From Lentisphaeria bacterium (lineage in GTDB: Bacteria; Verrucomicrobiota; Lentisphaeria; Victivallales; UBA1829): 50,314 bases of DNA. Both the position numbers and the translations under genes were made by a program. Position 1 is the first letter of the stretch. Each line of letters opens with the position of its first letter. The stretch lies in the NCBI GenBank assembly GCA_017456495.1, contig JAFTJI010000099.1, positions 1 through 50,314 on the forward strand, read 5' to 3'. This document shows, piece after piece, positions 38,306 to 49,543 of this stretch. A model generated the notes under the pieces. That model saw only the letters and a list, made by a program, of their open reading frames with translations. It made no database searches and had not been told where the DNA came from.

Positions 38306-41300
38306 TCAATGTGCTGCAATCGTTCGCAATTCAGGCATTTCGAGTAAACCATACGGAACCGTTGTCCGGTCGGAAGAGACATACAGTTTATACTGGTAAG
38401 GTCCTGTGCGAACCGGATAGGCTTCCCCATGATAAAAGGGTCCCAGGGCATTGCGGCGGTGTCCGAAAACACAGATCTCCAACCTGCATTTTCCGGGGAT
38501 CATCAGGCAGTACGGCGGGGCATAAAGCAACTGCATTTCGCCGGAATCAACTCTGATTCCAAGCATCGTTCCGCGCCATAGACGGAAATTCAGCAGCAAT
38601 GATTCTGCCGGTTCGTCAAGATCGAAAAAGTAACTGATATTTCCGGCGTAATTACAGAGAGCCTGCGGTCTGAGATCGCCGCAATTCACCGTTTCCGGAA
38701 GAGTGGTGATCAATGATTCGTTGCGAACTCCGAATTTTCCGGAAATAAAGATCGTTTCCAAACCGCGCTGACCGCAATGGTATGTTGAACGCAGAAGCAG
38801 AGTATTTTTGCCATCCCGGAACAGATTGCGGGCAAGCGGAATGCCCTGAAGGACATCTTCCATCCAGAAACTCTCCGGAATATTGCTGAGCAAGGTTCCG
38901 TTGAACTCGATCTCATAAAGTTCCGGATGTTCCATCAGGAGGCGGCAATCATGTTGGGGAACAGAGGCGCAAGAGAAAGTATATTCCAATTCGATCTTCA
39001 GTTCCGGATATTGTTTTTCGGGATCATTCAGCCACGGTTGAACCATTAACCCGCCACGAGGCGGCTCACCCAGCTTTTCGCGCAAATCGTCGTCCAGCAG
39101 CAGGATATATCTGTTTTCGCAGAAGAGCTCACCATTCACACGGCACAGCGCGTGATCCAGCACGAGTTTATTTTCTTCCGACAGAGTGTAAGGAATATTC
39201 TGAGACGGAAGTGTTTTCAGAAAAGCTGTTTCCGGCAATTCCGGCTTTACTGTCAGGGGCGAAACCGCTTCTTTTGTGACGATGAAAAATCGGGAACCGA
39301 TCGCCGCCAGAGAGGTGGTAAAGGAGAGATACTCCCCGATTCGTTCCGAAGTGACCGGATATTTTTTTCCGCTTTGGAGATCAAGCTCATAGACTTGTCC
39401 GGCGTTTTCCGGGATCCGCACGCGGAGTCTGACATCCTTATAAGCCTTTGACCGATCCCTGACCAGCGGTGCGTTGCGGATATCGGTAGTAAATTCCATT
39501 GAGGTATTGACCAGAAAAACCGCCCAGGAACCATCGTCAAATCTGGAAAGATGGTACAACGTTTCCGGAATTTCCCTGTCTTGATTGTCCGTAATGGAGA
39601 CCCGGCGGTAGTGTTTTCCAATAAGTTCCGCGGCATTTTCCCAGGTGACTTGAGTGAAGTTCCGGTAGATCTGCGCCGCCCGGTCAGAGGGCTGAGCATC
39701 CACAAATTCAGGAGCTTTGCCAAGATAAAATACTTTTTCAGGGATTTCTGCCAGGAGGTCGAGGGTTGTCGACCGGATCGTTTTGAGAGCCGGGAGAAGA
39801 ACCATTTTATAATCGGCACAGCCAACTTTCAATTCGCCGTCATTGACTTTTCCGATCCGGGAGATGATTTCTTCGTCGCCGAAGTCAAAATCCAGATTTT
39901 CCCGGAGCAGCAGATTTGTCAGATCCGTAAAATCTCTGTCCAGTTGTAAAATTCTGGGAGAATCGAACCCGTCCAGCACTTTGCAGCCGGGTTTGACCTT
40001 GCGTCCTCCACTGTCAGCCGGATTTTTGATCATGACACCCCAGAGTGATTCGAGAGGATGGATCACAAGCAGATCCCGAACTTCCTCCCCGCCGGAAAGC
40101 AGCGCGCCCAGACGGGCAAAGTAATCCTCAATGGCTTTATATTCCCGGAACCAGGGAGAATGACTGGAAATGCTTGCCGGATAATCCCGTTTGCCTTCCG
40201 CCTCCATGGAGTACCAGATCAAATGATGACAGCGGCGGTTGATCCCGAGCGCAAACTGCCAGTCAGCCAACGCTTTGTGACCGGACAGGGGAAAATCCCA
40301 TCCGGTGCAGGCGTAAGTTTCCGTGAGCCGTTCCCGTTTTCCGAACTGACGCGCACTGGAAACACACTGTTTGACCGCATTGAAAACATTCCAGTGTTCA
40401 GTCAGGACATCGACGGCAGGCAGCTGCATGTGTTCGTAAAAGCGCATTGCACTGCCGATGTAAAGCGTTTGTGTTGAGAGAAGATCCTCCCCGAGCAGAT
40501 GACCGGTGAAGATCATATTGTTTGCCGCACACCACTTTCCGATCGTTCCGCTGAAGGCTTCGGAAAAGAGAGCCGACAGAAGATCGAAATAGTCGTGGCG
40601 CGCCCGGGAGACTTCGGATTCGGTATCAAAGAAAAGTTCCGGCAGGTGTTCGATCAGATCATAGCCGTACCGCTCCTGGAATTTTTCGGGGAGATCGTCG
40701 GTCCACGGCATCCGGTCGGAAGCATCGCCATGAATATAACATGGTTCATCGGAAAAGATCCCCGGAACACTTTTTCCGAATTTATTACCGCACTCTTTTT
40801 TGTAAACTTCGTGAGTGACTTCAACAAATTTTTCAACGGCGGCAGGATTGAGGGTGTCCAGATAGGTCTCTCCGTTGTACCAGGAGGAACGCGCCATATA
40901 TTCGCGGTAGAAGGAAAAAACTTGCACACCTTCCGGGGGCTGTTCGTTCTCCTGCAGCAGTTTTTTCGCTTCAAGTTTTGCGCCGTTATATTTCAGAGCG
41001 AACCGGGCGATGAGTTTTGTATTTTCGGGGATAGACTCACCCGGACAGAATTTCAAGTGACGCGCCTTGAATCTGTCATCGGCAGTGACAGCCCCGCCTG
41101 CAGCTCCGCTTGGCCAGCGGTCCTCATCATAAAGCCAGGCATCCATGTGCAGTTTTTCCGCTTCATCAATGCAGCTGTGAATACATTCGAACCACTTTTT
41201 GCCCAGATAGGGAGTTCTCAATCCGGTACGGGAGTGCATGAAGAAGCCGCCAAATCCCATTTGGTGCATTTCCCGGATCTGCTGACGGAGTTTTTCCGGC

Positions 41301-41383
41301 TCCAATGCAGCGTTCCAAGCCCAGAAAGGAGTTCCCCGGAATCTGTTTTCCGGATGATCAAATTGCTGTAAAGTTTTCTTCAT
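38306..41383 (-). CDS. Glycoside hydrolase, GH106-like
   Basis: PFWAWN, MGFGGFFMHSRTGL, YDEDRWPSGAAGG, GIFSDEP, KRDYPAS. Confidence 0.8.
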   Translation of the reverse strand: MKKTLQQFDHPENRFRGTPFWAWNAALEPEKLRQQIREMHQMGFGGFFMHSRTGLRTPYLGKKWFECIHSCIDEAEKLHMDAWLYDEDRWPSGAAGGAVTADDRFKARHLKFCPGESIPENTKLIARFALKYNGAKLEAKKLLQENEQPPEGVQVFSFYREYMARSSWYNGETYLDTLNPAAVEKFVEVTHEVYKKECGNKFGKSVPGIFSDEPCYIHGDASDRMPWTDDLPEKFQERYGYDLIEHLPELFFDTESEVSRARHDYFDLLSALFSEAFSGTIGKWCAANNMIFTGHLLGEDLLSTQTLYIGSAMRFYEHMQLPAVDVLTEHWNVFNAVKQCVSSARQFGKRERLTETYACTGWDFPLSGHKALADWQFALGINRRCHHLIWYSMEAEGKRDYPASISSHSPWFREYKAIEDYFARLGALLSGGEEVRDLLVIHPLESLWGVMIKNPADSGGRKVKPGCKVLDGFDSPRILQLDRDFTDLTNLLLRENLDFDFGDEEIISRIGKVNDGELKVGCADYKMVLLPALKTIRSTTLDLLAEIPEKVFYLGKAPEFVDAQPSDRAAQIYRNFTQVTWENAAELIGKHYRRVSITDNQDREIPETLYHLSRFDDGSWAVFLVNTSMEFTTDIRNAPLVRDRSKAYKDVRLRVRIPENAGQVYELDLQSGKKYPVTSERIGEYLSFTTSLAAIGSRFFIVTKEAVSPLTVKPELPETAFLKTLPSQNIPYTLSEENKLVLDHALCRVNGELFCENRYILLLDDDLREKLGEPPRGGLMVQPWLNDPEKQYPELKIELEYTFSCASVPQHDCRLLMEHPELYEIEFNGTLLSNIPESFWMEDVLQGIPLARNLFRDGKNTLLLRSTYHCGQRGLETIFISGKFGVRNESLITTLPETVNCGDLRPQALCNYAGNISYFFDLDEPAESLLLNFRLWRGTMLGIRVDSGEMQLLYAPPYCLMIPGKCRLEICVFGHRRNALGPFYHGEAYPVRTGPYQYKLYVSSDRTTVPYGLLEMPELRTIAAH

Positions 41384-41483
41384 ATTTCCGTCCGTACCGT
41401 TTCAAAGTTTTTCGCGTTTTCAACACAGCATTAATATATCGTTCCCGGGGAAAATATCAAGAAAAATTTCTGGAAAAATCTGT

Positions 41484-42158
41484 TTACCGGCAGGCACAGG
41501 AACCATCAATGGTACAGCCGTTGCTGAAGACATCGGTATTGGTATAGGCTTTCCAGTACTGCGTTATATTGGCGGTTCGGTCTCCGACATGACCATCGGC
41601 ATAAGAGGACACCGTTTTGCTCCCTGAGTGACGGAACGCGGCAGCCTGGGTAACAGATTCCTCATTATCAGTAATCATCTGATAGGAAGTTTTTGAGGCG
41701 GTATCACCATAGACCAGAGCCTGAGAGGGCTGTTTGATGTAAGTCTGTTTGTTCCGCGGCAGCATTCTGTGCAGGAGATAAGTATTTGTTCCGTAGTGAG
41801 TATATGTCCATTGAGTCAGAGGCTGCGGGGCGGTCGGACAGATGAAACTTTTATATTTCTTTTCAAAATCCGGATTGGCAGGGGTCAGATAGGTCGTATC
41901 GCGGGCACCCATATAACCGTTGATGATATACCACCACGGCTTATCCCATTTATTGTCGGCATAACCGGACAGCAGCCATCCGTCATATTCTCCGGAATAC
42001 ATGTTGAATCCGATCATCATCTGTTTGAGGTTGTTGGTACAGTTACTTTTTCTGCCGCTTTCCCGTGCGTTGTTGAGTGCGGGAAGAAGCATTCCGGCGA
42101 GGATTGCGATAATGGCAATTACAACAAGGAGTTCGATCAGAGTAAAATGTTTTCTCAT
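41484..42158 (-). CDS. Prepilin-type DUF1559/H-X9-DG protein
   Basis: [13 protein letters not shown]; [16 protein letters not shown]. Confidence 0.9.
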   Translation of the reverse strand: MRKHFTLIELLVVIAIIAILAGMLLPALNNARESGRKSNCTNNLKQMMIGFNMYSGEYDGWLLSGYADNKWDKPWWYIINGYMGARDTTYLTPANPDFEKKYKSFICPTAPQPLTQWTYTHYGTNTYLLHRMLPRNKQTYIKQPSQALVYGDTASKTSYQMITDNEESVTQAAAFRHSGSKTVSSYADGHVGDRTANITQYWKAYTNTDVFSNGCTIDGSCACR

Positions 42159-42180
42159 TTTTCAAGAGATCCTTTCTGAC

Positions 42181-45100
42181 TTATTTCAAAACAAATATGT
42201 GATATTTTTCCGGTGTCTTTCCGCCTGCGATCCCGGGGGTCAGCTGCATCCAGTAAGTCGGGAATTTCTGTGGATTATCCGTATCCATAATCAGGAAGTT
42301 GAATCCGAACATCAATCCCTTCTGCGGTTTCATGGGAGCCATTTTTGACCACGGAAGAGTGATCTCATAGGTCGTTGTTTTCTGCGTTTCATTCCGTGTG
42401 ATCACCGGCTTGACCGTTGAAAAATCTGCTTTGGCAGTTCCATTGATATGACAGAACATGACCGGTTTTCCGCCGGCGAGACCTGCAGTCAGGAAGAAGT
42501 CGTCACCGAACAGACCGCGTTTTCCCTTCAGCAGTTTTTCTCTGGCATCCAGATTCGGATCGAACGCAAACTGCAGGGAGTCACCCGCCCAGAGAGCATC
42601 TTCCGATGTATGCCGGTTTGTATGGATCTCATCACGGACGACGATTGTCATATAAAGATTTTTTTCATCATATCCCATATAAAGTTTTGCGGAGCAATCT
42701 TCCGGACCGCTCCAGACACCCCGTCCAGCCATATCGGGAATATTCAGATAAAGTTCACCGTTGCTGAGATCCACAACCGGTTTTCCGGAAGTCAGTTGTG
42801 ACTTTGAACTGATCCGCGGGATCCCATGAATATGGAACGCATCCGTTTTTCTGTAAACCTGTTTTTGAGCGGAGATATTTTCGACTGTAAATTCCACGCC
42901 CGAAAGGTTTGCCGCATCCTGATTTTTCAGCGGGATCTGCAGTTTCAGGATCCCATTGCCTTGCACGGTGTAATTTTTCCGGAAATCAGCAAAACGGTTC
43001 TTCATGGAAAGAGTTCCATTCACCGGAACAGAGAAAAGATTTTTCACCAGGACTTCCATGAGATCCGCTCTCTTCAGGATCATTTCAACTCTGACTGCCG
43101 GAAGTTCAACAACTGCTTCACGCAGAATCTTTTCCAGCTCTGCGAGTTCCTCAGTTGTCTGCAGATAGACCGGTGCGGAATCCAGTTGAAGTCTCAGACT
43201 TCCATCTGAAACAACGGGAGAAACCGCATTCCCCTGCATATCCAGCATCGTCAGGTTCCGGGGGACTTTCTTCAGGGTGACTCCGGCTTTTCCAACGCCT
43301 GTTCCGCCATGCCACAAGGGAATGATCCGGATGTCCCCGTTATCAAAAATATAACAGGGGATGTTGGAATGGAGCGACATAACTTTCACGCATTTTGCGT
43401 TTGCCAGGATCCGCGCCGTTGCTGCATAAACTGCCGCCTTCGGACGGGGAAAGCGGTCATACCACATTCCCCAGTCGAATTCATCTCCCAACCGCCAGCG
43501 TTTCCACATAAAATAGAGATAGTGCTGCACCTCCGGAATACTCTTCACCGTAATATAATCCCGGGCGATATTTTCCGCCATATCCACTGCATAATGGCTG
43601 TCAACGGGAAGAGACTGCACGATGTTGAACCCTTTTTCGTCAATGGAAATGAACTTGTTTTTTCCTTTTGAGCGGGCGATCCGCAGGGCTTCCAGCATGA
43701 TGTCACGGATCATGCCGGTTTCGGAGTTGATGGGTTTATAGCCGGGACCGAACGTGCAAGGGTTGGTGTACTGGTCGATTCCCAGTCCATCCAGATAATC
43801 AGAGAGTTTGTGATTGTACCAGAGATCCCGCAGGACAGGATAGCGGGGCAAAACTCTGCCGTCACCGCCGGAACAGCCGATTCCGGCAAGAGTGTTTTCC
43901 GGCGCAACCTCACGCATGACTCGGGAACAGTTTTTGATCCGGCGGATATAATATTCGTATTCATAATAATTGCGTTGTTTCAACAGGTCGATCTCTCCAA
44001 TGATCGCCCAATGTTTGATTCTGCCGCGATACCGGGCGAACAATGCACGTTCAAATTTCATGGCATTTTCCAGAAAAGCATCACTGAACGGAAACTCTTT
44101 CCGGGCTTTCCGTTCGTTGATCTCTTTCAAAAAGCGGAACGGCACATTGTGGGTTGAAATTTCGATTCCGCCGATGGGTTCGATCCCGGCGCGTTCAAGA
44201 GCTTCCAGATCCCGGTCGGCTTGTTCCCAGTTGTAGGTTCCGTTGAACTCTTCCACTGAGGACCAGCTGATGAAAAGCCCCTTGCTTCCATTCGCAAGCC
44301 GTTCCATTGCAGTCGCATACTGCGCATTGTGCGCCATGAATGTAACTCCGAAAAACGGATCTTTCTTTTTCTTGAATCTGGAAACCATCGCAAAGGAAAC
44401 GATGTCTGTTTTCTTCTCTTTCAGAGAGTTCCATTGCAGATGAACACTGTAAAAACCGAGCCGTTCCGGACGGGGAAATTCAATTTTGTGATTGGAAATA
44501 TTTTTCGCCGGAAGTTCCAGATTCCGCGTAAATTTCTGAACGATGTTTCCTCTGATGTCCCGAAGTGAACAGTCCAATGTCAAAGTCTGTTTTTTCAGAG
44601 TAAAGTTCTGGAACTGCAGCATGGCAAACGGGGTTTCATCCGGGTAGAAAAGCCCCTGTCTGTCATCGTTCCAGGCATAAACAAGCCTGATGTGATCATC
44701 ACGCGGTGTCAGAGGTTCCAGTTTGAGCTCTTTGAAGATCACTTCACCGTCTTTGGAAGATTTTCCGCTGATCCCGACAGATGCGGAGATCTCTCCGGTA
44801 TTTGACGGTGCAGAAAAATAACATTCAAATTTCTGGAATCCGTCTTTTGTGCCGCAAGGTTTGCAATGAACCTGGAACGGCTTCCCTTTTGCTGTATAGA
44901 CCGGACGAACCAGCACGTTCATGACCGGAAAGATCCCGGCAGGAGCTTTCACCAGTGCGGAATAACGGAAATTTCCGGTTACGTTTGCCGCGATCCCCAT
45001 CACCCGCTGCTGAGTCAATCCGCGCTGACCGGCTTTGATGCGGAAGGTCACACTGTCCGCAGAGGACTTGAACGGAGCGGCATCCGGCAGCCATGTGACA

Positions 45101-45774
45101 GGTGTCCAGCCGGAAGTCAGAATGGATTTTCCGGAGGGAGTGCCAAGATCTGCGACAGGCGGCTTATTTACTGTTTTTTTTTTAGCCTCCGGCTTGTCTG
45201 AATCAACCGGAGGAATGCCATCAGCTTTTGATTTCAATGGAGTTACGCTGACATCATCGAACCAGACAGTTCCCTGTGCTTTCGGGTCCATGTGAAGATA
45301 GATCTTTGCCATCGGTCCGGCGTTGGCAGGGAGTTCGATCACCGGGGAAACATATTCCATCCAGCCGGTTTCGACTTTATTCTTCCCGCGATCATAAGTT
45401 GAGATCGCCCACAGACTCTTTTTCACATTCTGGACTTCAAGATAGGCAGCGGAGTAAGTATAACCGAGATTTTTTGTTTTTACCATCAGCCTGATCTGAA
45501 GATATTTACATCCGGCAGGGATCACAAAGTTATGATAAACGATTGCCCGTTTTCCCTTTTCCCCCTGCAATTTCAGAGATGCCTTTCCACCTCCGGCTGT
45601 AATGGAAGTATCAGAGACAGGATGAACAGTATTTTTCAACCAGGAAGGAACGAGCCATTCCGCCGTTCCGTTTTCCATAGATCCGTTTTTCAGAAGATTT
45701 TCTGCAGAAAGCGGACAAAATGCTGCCATTGTCAGGACTGTGCCCGATAGAATTTTTACAAAAGAGTTTCGCAT
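42181..45774 (-). CDS. Large secreted multidomain carbohydrate-active protein (CBM4/9-like, GH39-like barrel, CBM9-like)
   Basis: ENLLKNGSME...GTVWFDDV; PFFGV...WSSVE...YNW...WAIIGE; C-terminal WAGDSLQFAFD...YEITLPW...GFNFLIMD. Confidence 0.65.
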   Translation of the reverse strand: MRNSFVKILSGTVLTMAAFCPLSAENLLKNGSMENGTAEWLVPSWLKNTVHPVSDTSITAGGGKASLKLQGEKGKRAIVYHNFVIPAGCKYLQIRLMVKTKNLGYTYSAAYLEVQNVKKSLWAISTYDRGKNKVETGWMEYVSPVIELPANAGPMAKIYLHMDPKAQGTVWFDDVSVTPLKSKADGIPPVDSDKPEAKKKTVNKPPVADLGTPSGKSILTSGWTPVTWLPDAAPFKSSADSVTFRIKAGQRGLTQQRVMGIAANVTGNFRYSALVKAPAGIFPVMNVLVRPVYTAKGKPFQVHCKPCGTKDGFQKFECYFSAPSNTGEISASVGISGKSSKDGEVIFKELKLEPLTPRDDHIRLVYAWNDDRQGLFYPDETPFAMLQFQNFTLKKQTLTLDCSLRDIRGNIVQKFTRNLELPAKNISNHKIEFPRPERLGFYSVHLQWNSLKEKKTDIVSFAMVSRFKKKKDPFFGVTFMAHNAQYATAMERLANGSKGLFISWSSVEEFNGTYNWEQADRDLEALERAGIEPIGGIEISTHNVPFRFLKEINERKARKEFPFSDAFLENAMKFERALFARYRGRIKHWAIIGEIDLLKQRNYYEYEYYIRRIKNCSRVMREVAPENTLAGIGCSGGDGRVLPRYPVLRDLWYNHKLSDYLDGLGIDQYTNPCTFGPGYKPINSETGMIRDIMLEALRIARSKGKNKFISIDEKGFNIVQSLPVDSHYAVDMAENIARDYITVKSIPEVQHYLYFMWKRWRLGDEFDWGMWYDRFPRPKAAVYAATARILANAKCVKVMSLHSNIPCYIFDNGDIRIIPLWHGGTGVGKAGVTLKKVPRNLTMLDMQGNAVSPVVSDGSLRLQLDSAPVYLQTTEELAELEKILREAVVELPAVRVEMILKRADLMEVLVKNLFSVPVNGTLSMKNRFADFRKNYTVQGNGILKLQIPLKNQDAANLSGVEFTVENISAQKQVYRKTDAFHIHGIPRISSKSQLTSGKPVVDLSNGELYLNIPDMAGRGVWSGPEDCSAKLYMGYDEKNLYMTIVVRDEIHTNRHTSEDALWAGDSLQFAFDPNLDAREKLLKGKRGLFGDDFFLTAGLAGGKPVMFCHINGTAKADFSTVKPVITRNETQKTTTYEITLPWSKMAPMKPQKGLMFGFNFLIMDTDNPQKFPTYWMQLTPGIAGGKTPEKYHIFVLK

Positions 45775-45786
45775 ATCTGAAATCCT

Positions 45787-46539
45787 TTATTGGGGTGTTG
45801 AGGAGTCATAGTACCAGCCTTCACGGAGGGACGGATGCGGCAGGAGCCAGAGTTCATTACTGCTCAACGCTGTAACACCGAGAACTTTCTGAGTTGCACG
45901 GACGGAACCATCAAGGAATGCACCGTTCAATGCACGGGCATGCGCACCGTATTGTCCGAAACTGAATTTGCTGATCTCATTCATAACATAAATATTATCC
46001 TTAGTCCGGCTCGGATGTTTCCAGTTGTCTGAAAACACAAGCATCTCACCGGCAAAGCGGTTTACCTGAGTCAACGACATGAACCCGCGGGAATTGTTCC
46101 ACCAGTGGTTGAGCCCCGCATAGTTGATATAACCGTAACTGAGGGCGACTTTGAAGTTAACATAAACCTGTCCGATCAGCTTGCTGTCGCTGGGGCAGAT
46201 GAAATATTTTCTGGAGGGAGTCGTCTGCTGGTAGTCCGCATCTCCGGAACCGGGCAGATACCCATTGTTGAACAGCCAGCTGGGCCAGGGTTCTCCGGTG
46301 CATTTATTTCCTTTATAATAATACTCGCCGTAACGGGGAATCACAAAGTTATTGTTATCCATAGCGTACATGTTCCATCCGAGAGAAAGCTGTTTGAGGT
46401 TATTGGTACAGCTTGCAGATCGTCCTTTCTCTCTTGCCTGATTGAGTGCGGGGAGCAGCATTCCGGCAAGAATCGCAATGATGGCGATCACAACCAGAAG
46501 TTCGATCAGCGTAAACGCGGTCTTTCTCATGTTTTTCAT
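45787..46539 (-). CDS. Prepilin-type DUF1559/H-X9-DG protein
   Basis: [14 protein letters not shown]; [14 protein letters not shown]. Confidence 0.9.
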   Translation of the reverse strand: MKNMRKTAFTLIELLVVIAIIAILAGMLLPALNQAREKGRSASCTNNLKQLSLGWNMYAMDNNNFVIPRYGEYYYKGNKCTGEPWPSWLFNNGYLPGSGDADYQQTTPSRKYFICPSDSKLIGQVYVNFKVALSYGYINYAGLNHWWNNSRGFMSLTQVNRFAGEMLVFSDNWKHPSRTKDNIYVMNEISKFSFGQYGAHARALNGAFLDGSVRATQKVLGVTALSSNELWLLPHPSLREGWYYDSSTPQ

Positions 46540-46581
46540 TTTGTACCTCCAGATTATCCTGTCGTTATAATATGATTATCA

Positions 46582-49533
46582 TCAGTAAACTTCGATTTCC
46601 GTCAATGCACGGCGGGGTTCGCCAGGAGTAAACTTGAACCCATCCAGACGGATCTTCTTCGCTTTCACAGACGGGAACGTGATTTCGATCCGGCTTCCGT
46701 TTCTGCTGACAACGGACTTCAATTTCGCAAAACCTTTGCCGTCATGATAAGAGATGTCTGCTCCTGTCAGACGGGCTTTTCCGTTCATGGAAATTTTTGT
46801 GTAGAGAACGACTTTGGAAACCGTTTCTTCTTTGGGAAGAGTGATTTCGATCCACGGTTTCTTGTCGTTGTAAGCCGGACCCCAGATCATAAACTCAGAA
46901 GAGTGATCCGTCACACCGTCAAAGAGGAAATAGAAGGTTCTCATCTTGTACATGTAGATCGTGAACCATGATCTCAAGTCGGAAGAACCTTTGATCTCTG
47001 CAACATGGGCAGGACGTTTTCCCTGATCGTACTGACGGTAGATGCGGAAATAGTCGATTTCACCGAGCGCGACTTTGTTTCGGGGCTTCTTCCGGTCAGC
47101 TTTCATTTTTGCGATCCGGTTCCGGATGGATTTCAAATCTTCCACACTGTCGGCTTTTGCCTTGGATGTCAGATAAACATGAGTTTCAGCAGGTCCGAAG
47201 TGATCCCTGAACGTCCCGTTTTTCAGTTTGACGGAGCGTTTTTCTCCGAGAACATGCAGTTCACCGGGGAGGTTTCCTGAAACGGTAAAGTCAGCAGAGA
47301 AGCTCTTCAAAGAGGTGTTGACCGCAATCAGGATATATTCTCCCTTCCAGAATTTCAAGCCAGCCTGAAAATGTTCTGCTCCTTTGGGAGTTTCCACTTT
47401 GACAGCTCCGGGGATCGTATTTTCCAGAACTAGATCTTTCAACTGCTTCAGTTCCAGACCGACGGCATCGGGGGCAACGGTCAGAGAAGAGTGCAGTCTT
47501 GATTCCGCAAAGTTATAAAGCTGGAACCCTTTGCAGTTATGGATCAGAGCCTGCCAGATCTCTGCGCGGTAATCATCGAAAGTGGGAGCCGCATTTCCCC
47601 ACAGGAACACCTGCGGAACGAGCCATGCAGGTTTGCCAAGGGTCGCAGCGGTCTTCATCCAATCGGCAATCGCCCAGCGCGGCTTTTCTGTGGTCCCGTC
47701 TGCCATATAGCGGATATAACAGTCCGGAATAAGGATGTCGCATCCTTCATAGAACTGCTGCATTCCGTGGATTCCCCAGTTCAGCATCAGATTGGGATGA
47801 TAAGGATCCATTTCCTGCATAACTTCATGAGCCTGAACGAACCACTGGGGATTATTTCCGCCGCGGCTTTCCGGTTCATCGGCAAAATACCATGCCAGCA
47901 GAGAGGGATTTTTACTCATCGCGGGAATATATTTTTCCAGATGTTTTTTCTGTTCCGGGAGCAGTCTTCCGACACGGGTGGAGTGGGCAAAGATCTTCCA
48001 TTCATGACTTCCGTTAAACTCCTGATAGGGAAACACAATGCTTTTCAGTCCCATATCAGCATAATTTTTCAAATTTCTGTGAAACGCTTCCAATGATTTT
48101 GCCCCGATCCCGTAGTTCAGCTGGGAGTTGAATGCCGGAGTTTTCGGGTCATAGGGCTGGAAAATAAACCATCCGTAAGGAAGGTAACGTTTGCCATCGA
48201 CATGGGTGATCCCCTGAGCATCGAGGTAGACTTCTCCGGGCTGATAGGGCAGTTTCCGGATTCTGACACTCTGCTTATATTCCTTTCCCGCAGTGACTTC
48301 CAGAAAATAGGAGCCGTCTGCAAGATCTTTTCCCGGGAACTTGACTTTTACCGGAAGGGATTTTCCGGAGTATCTCTTTGTGAAAAACAGTTTTCCGTTC
48401 TGATCCTTCAGGGAAACATTGACCGTTTCAGCTTTGATCCCGTCAAGAGCGACCTCTGCTTCAATGGTCTTGTCTGTCATCGTTGCATAAAGATTGTTTC
48501 TGTATGCCGGACGGATCAGTTTCAGAACGATAGGCTGATAGTGGATCGCCGTCGGAACAAGGGTTTGTTTCAACAGATGTCCTGCCGGGGACCAGTAGGC
48601 GATGGAAAGGAAATATTTTCCGTTTTGGATATCAACGAGGGGAATTTTGACCCGTACAAATTTTCCATTCTGAAGATTGACCTGTTTGGAATTGGAAGCA
48701 AGACAGCGGAATTCGGAATCAAGCAGTTCATATTTTACGTTCACGATCCTGAAATTTCCGGACATATTGATCAAATCGGCGGAAACTTCATGAACGATTT
48801 TCTTCTGTTTGTTCAAACGGGTTTTTCCGGCGATATTATCCACAGCAAACTGAAACTCTTGCGGATCGACTTCCGGAAGAGAAAACTCATGATAAACAGC
48901 CGGCTGGGAAGAGCCTTTCACTTTAGCCCAGGAGGTGATCTCCATTCCCTTTCCGGCATGTCTGTTCCGGTTGATGTTGAACCGCCATTTCGTTTTGGTT
49001 CCGGGATTGAGGGAGGCGATCGGAACAGAACATTCCACCACCCAGCGGTCAGCATGACGTTTCGTTTTTACAACGGCATTGCTTTTCCACTGGAAGAAGG
49101 GAGTGTAAATGCTCCTTCCGGTGTTGTCATCACCGAAATAGACTTCCTGGATCTTCCCTGTGGGATCGACCAGGATCTTGTGATAGAAAAGCAGAGCCGG
49201 ATCGTGAACCATCTGAATTTCGACAGTATCGTTCATCCAGAACATCTCGGAAGTCCGGTTGAGGGACCGGATGGAGAGCTTGTTCATGAATGGTTCAAAC
49301 GCTTCGATCAGAAAATAAAGATTCTCTCTGTCATAAGCCGCTTTGAATCGGGTCTGAGCCTTGGGAACCGCATTTGTTTTGTAGGTGGTAAAACCGCTGT
49401 TCCAGGCAAGTTTTGTCCAAACCGGATCGTCACCGGAACCATTGACCACCGGAGCTTTCTCTGCAAAAGCGATTTCTGCAGAAAAAACGGTCAGGCTCAA
49501 AAACGATAAAAAAAGACAGAGAGACTTTTTCAT
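46582..49533 (-). CDS. Secreted protein: CBM9-like domain, GH-like barrel, discoidin (F5/8)-like C-terminus
   Basis: APVVNG...AYDRENLYF...WRFNINRNR; LLAWYFADEPE...DPYHP; ALTEIEVY. Confidence 0.65.
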   Translation of the reverse strand: MKKSLCLFLSFLSLTVFSAEIAFAEKAPVVNGSGDDPVWTKLAWNSGFTTYKTNAVPKAQTRFKAAYDRENLYFLIEAFEPFMNKLSIRSLNRTSEMFWMNDTVEIQMVHDPALLFYHKILVDPTGKIQEVYFGDDNTGRSIYTPFFQWKSNAVVKTKRHADRWVVECSVPIASLNPGTKTKWRFNINRNRHAGKGMEITSWAKVKGSSQPAVYHEFSLPEVDPQEFQFAVDNIAGKTRLNKQKKIVHEVSADLINMSGNFRIVNVKYELLDSEFRCLASNSKQVNLQNGKFVRVKIPLVDIQNGKYFLSIAYWSPAGHLLKQTLVPTAIHYQPIVLKLIRPAYRNNLYATMTDKTIEAEVALDGIKAETVNVSLKDQNGKLFFTKRYSGKSLPVKVKFPGKDLADGSYFLEVTAGKEYKQSVRIRKLPYQPGEVYLDAQGITHVDGKRYLPYGWFIFQPYDPKTPAFNSQLNYGIGAKSLEAFHRNLKNYADMGLKSIVFPYQEFNGSHEWKIFAHSTRVGRLLPEQKKHLEKYIPAMSKNPSLLAWYFADEPESRGGNNPQWFVQAHEVMQEMDPYHPNLMLNWGIHGMQQFYEGCDILIPDCYIRYMADGTTEKPRWAIADWMKTAATLGKPAWLVPQVFLWGNAAPTFDDYRAEIWQALIHNCKGFQLYNFAESRLHSSLTVAPDAVGLELKQLKDLVLENTIPGAVKVETPKGAEHFQAGLKFWKGEYILIAVNTSLKSFSADFTVSGNLPGELHVLGEKRSVKLKNGTFRDHFGPAETHVYLTSKAKADSVEDLKSIRNRIAKMKADRKKPRNKVALGEIDYFRIYRQYDQGKRPAHVAEIKGSSDLRSWFTIYMYKMRTFYFLFDGVTDHSSEFMIWGPAYNDKKPWIEITLPKEETVSKVVLYTKISMNGKARLTGADISYHDGKGFAKLKSVVSRNGSRIEITFPSVKAKKIRLDGFKFTPGEPRRALTEIEVY

Positions 49534-49543
49534 GAGTTTCTCC

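Noticed and set aside
9201-49509. Long antisense ORFs (e.g. 12129-13337, 15646-17175, 17887-19101, 31018-32409, 48202-49509)
   Set aside because: Shadow frames opposite well-supported genes, with no recognisable motifs.
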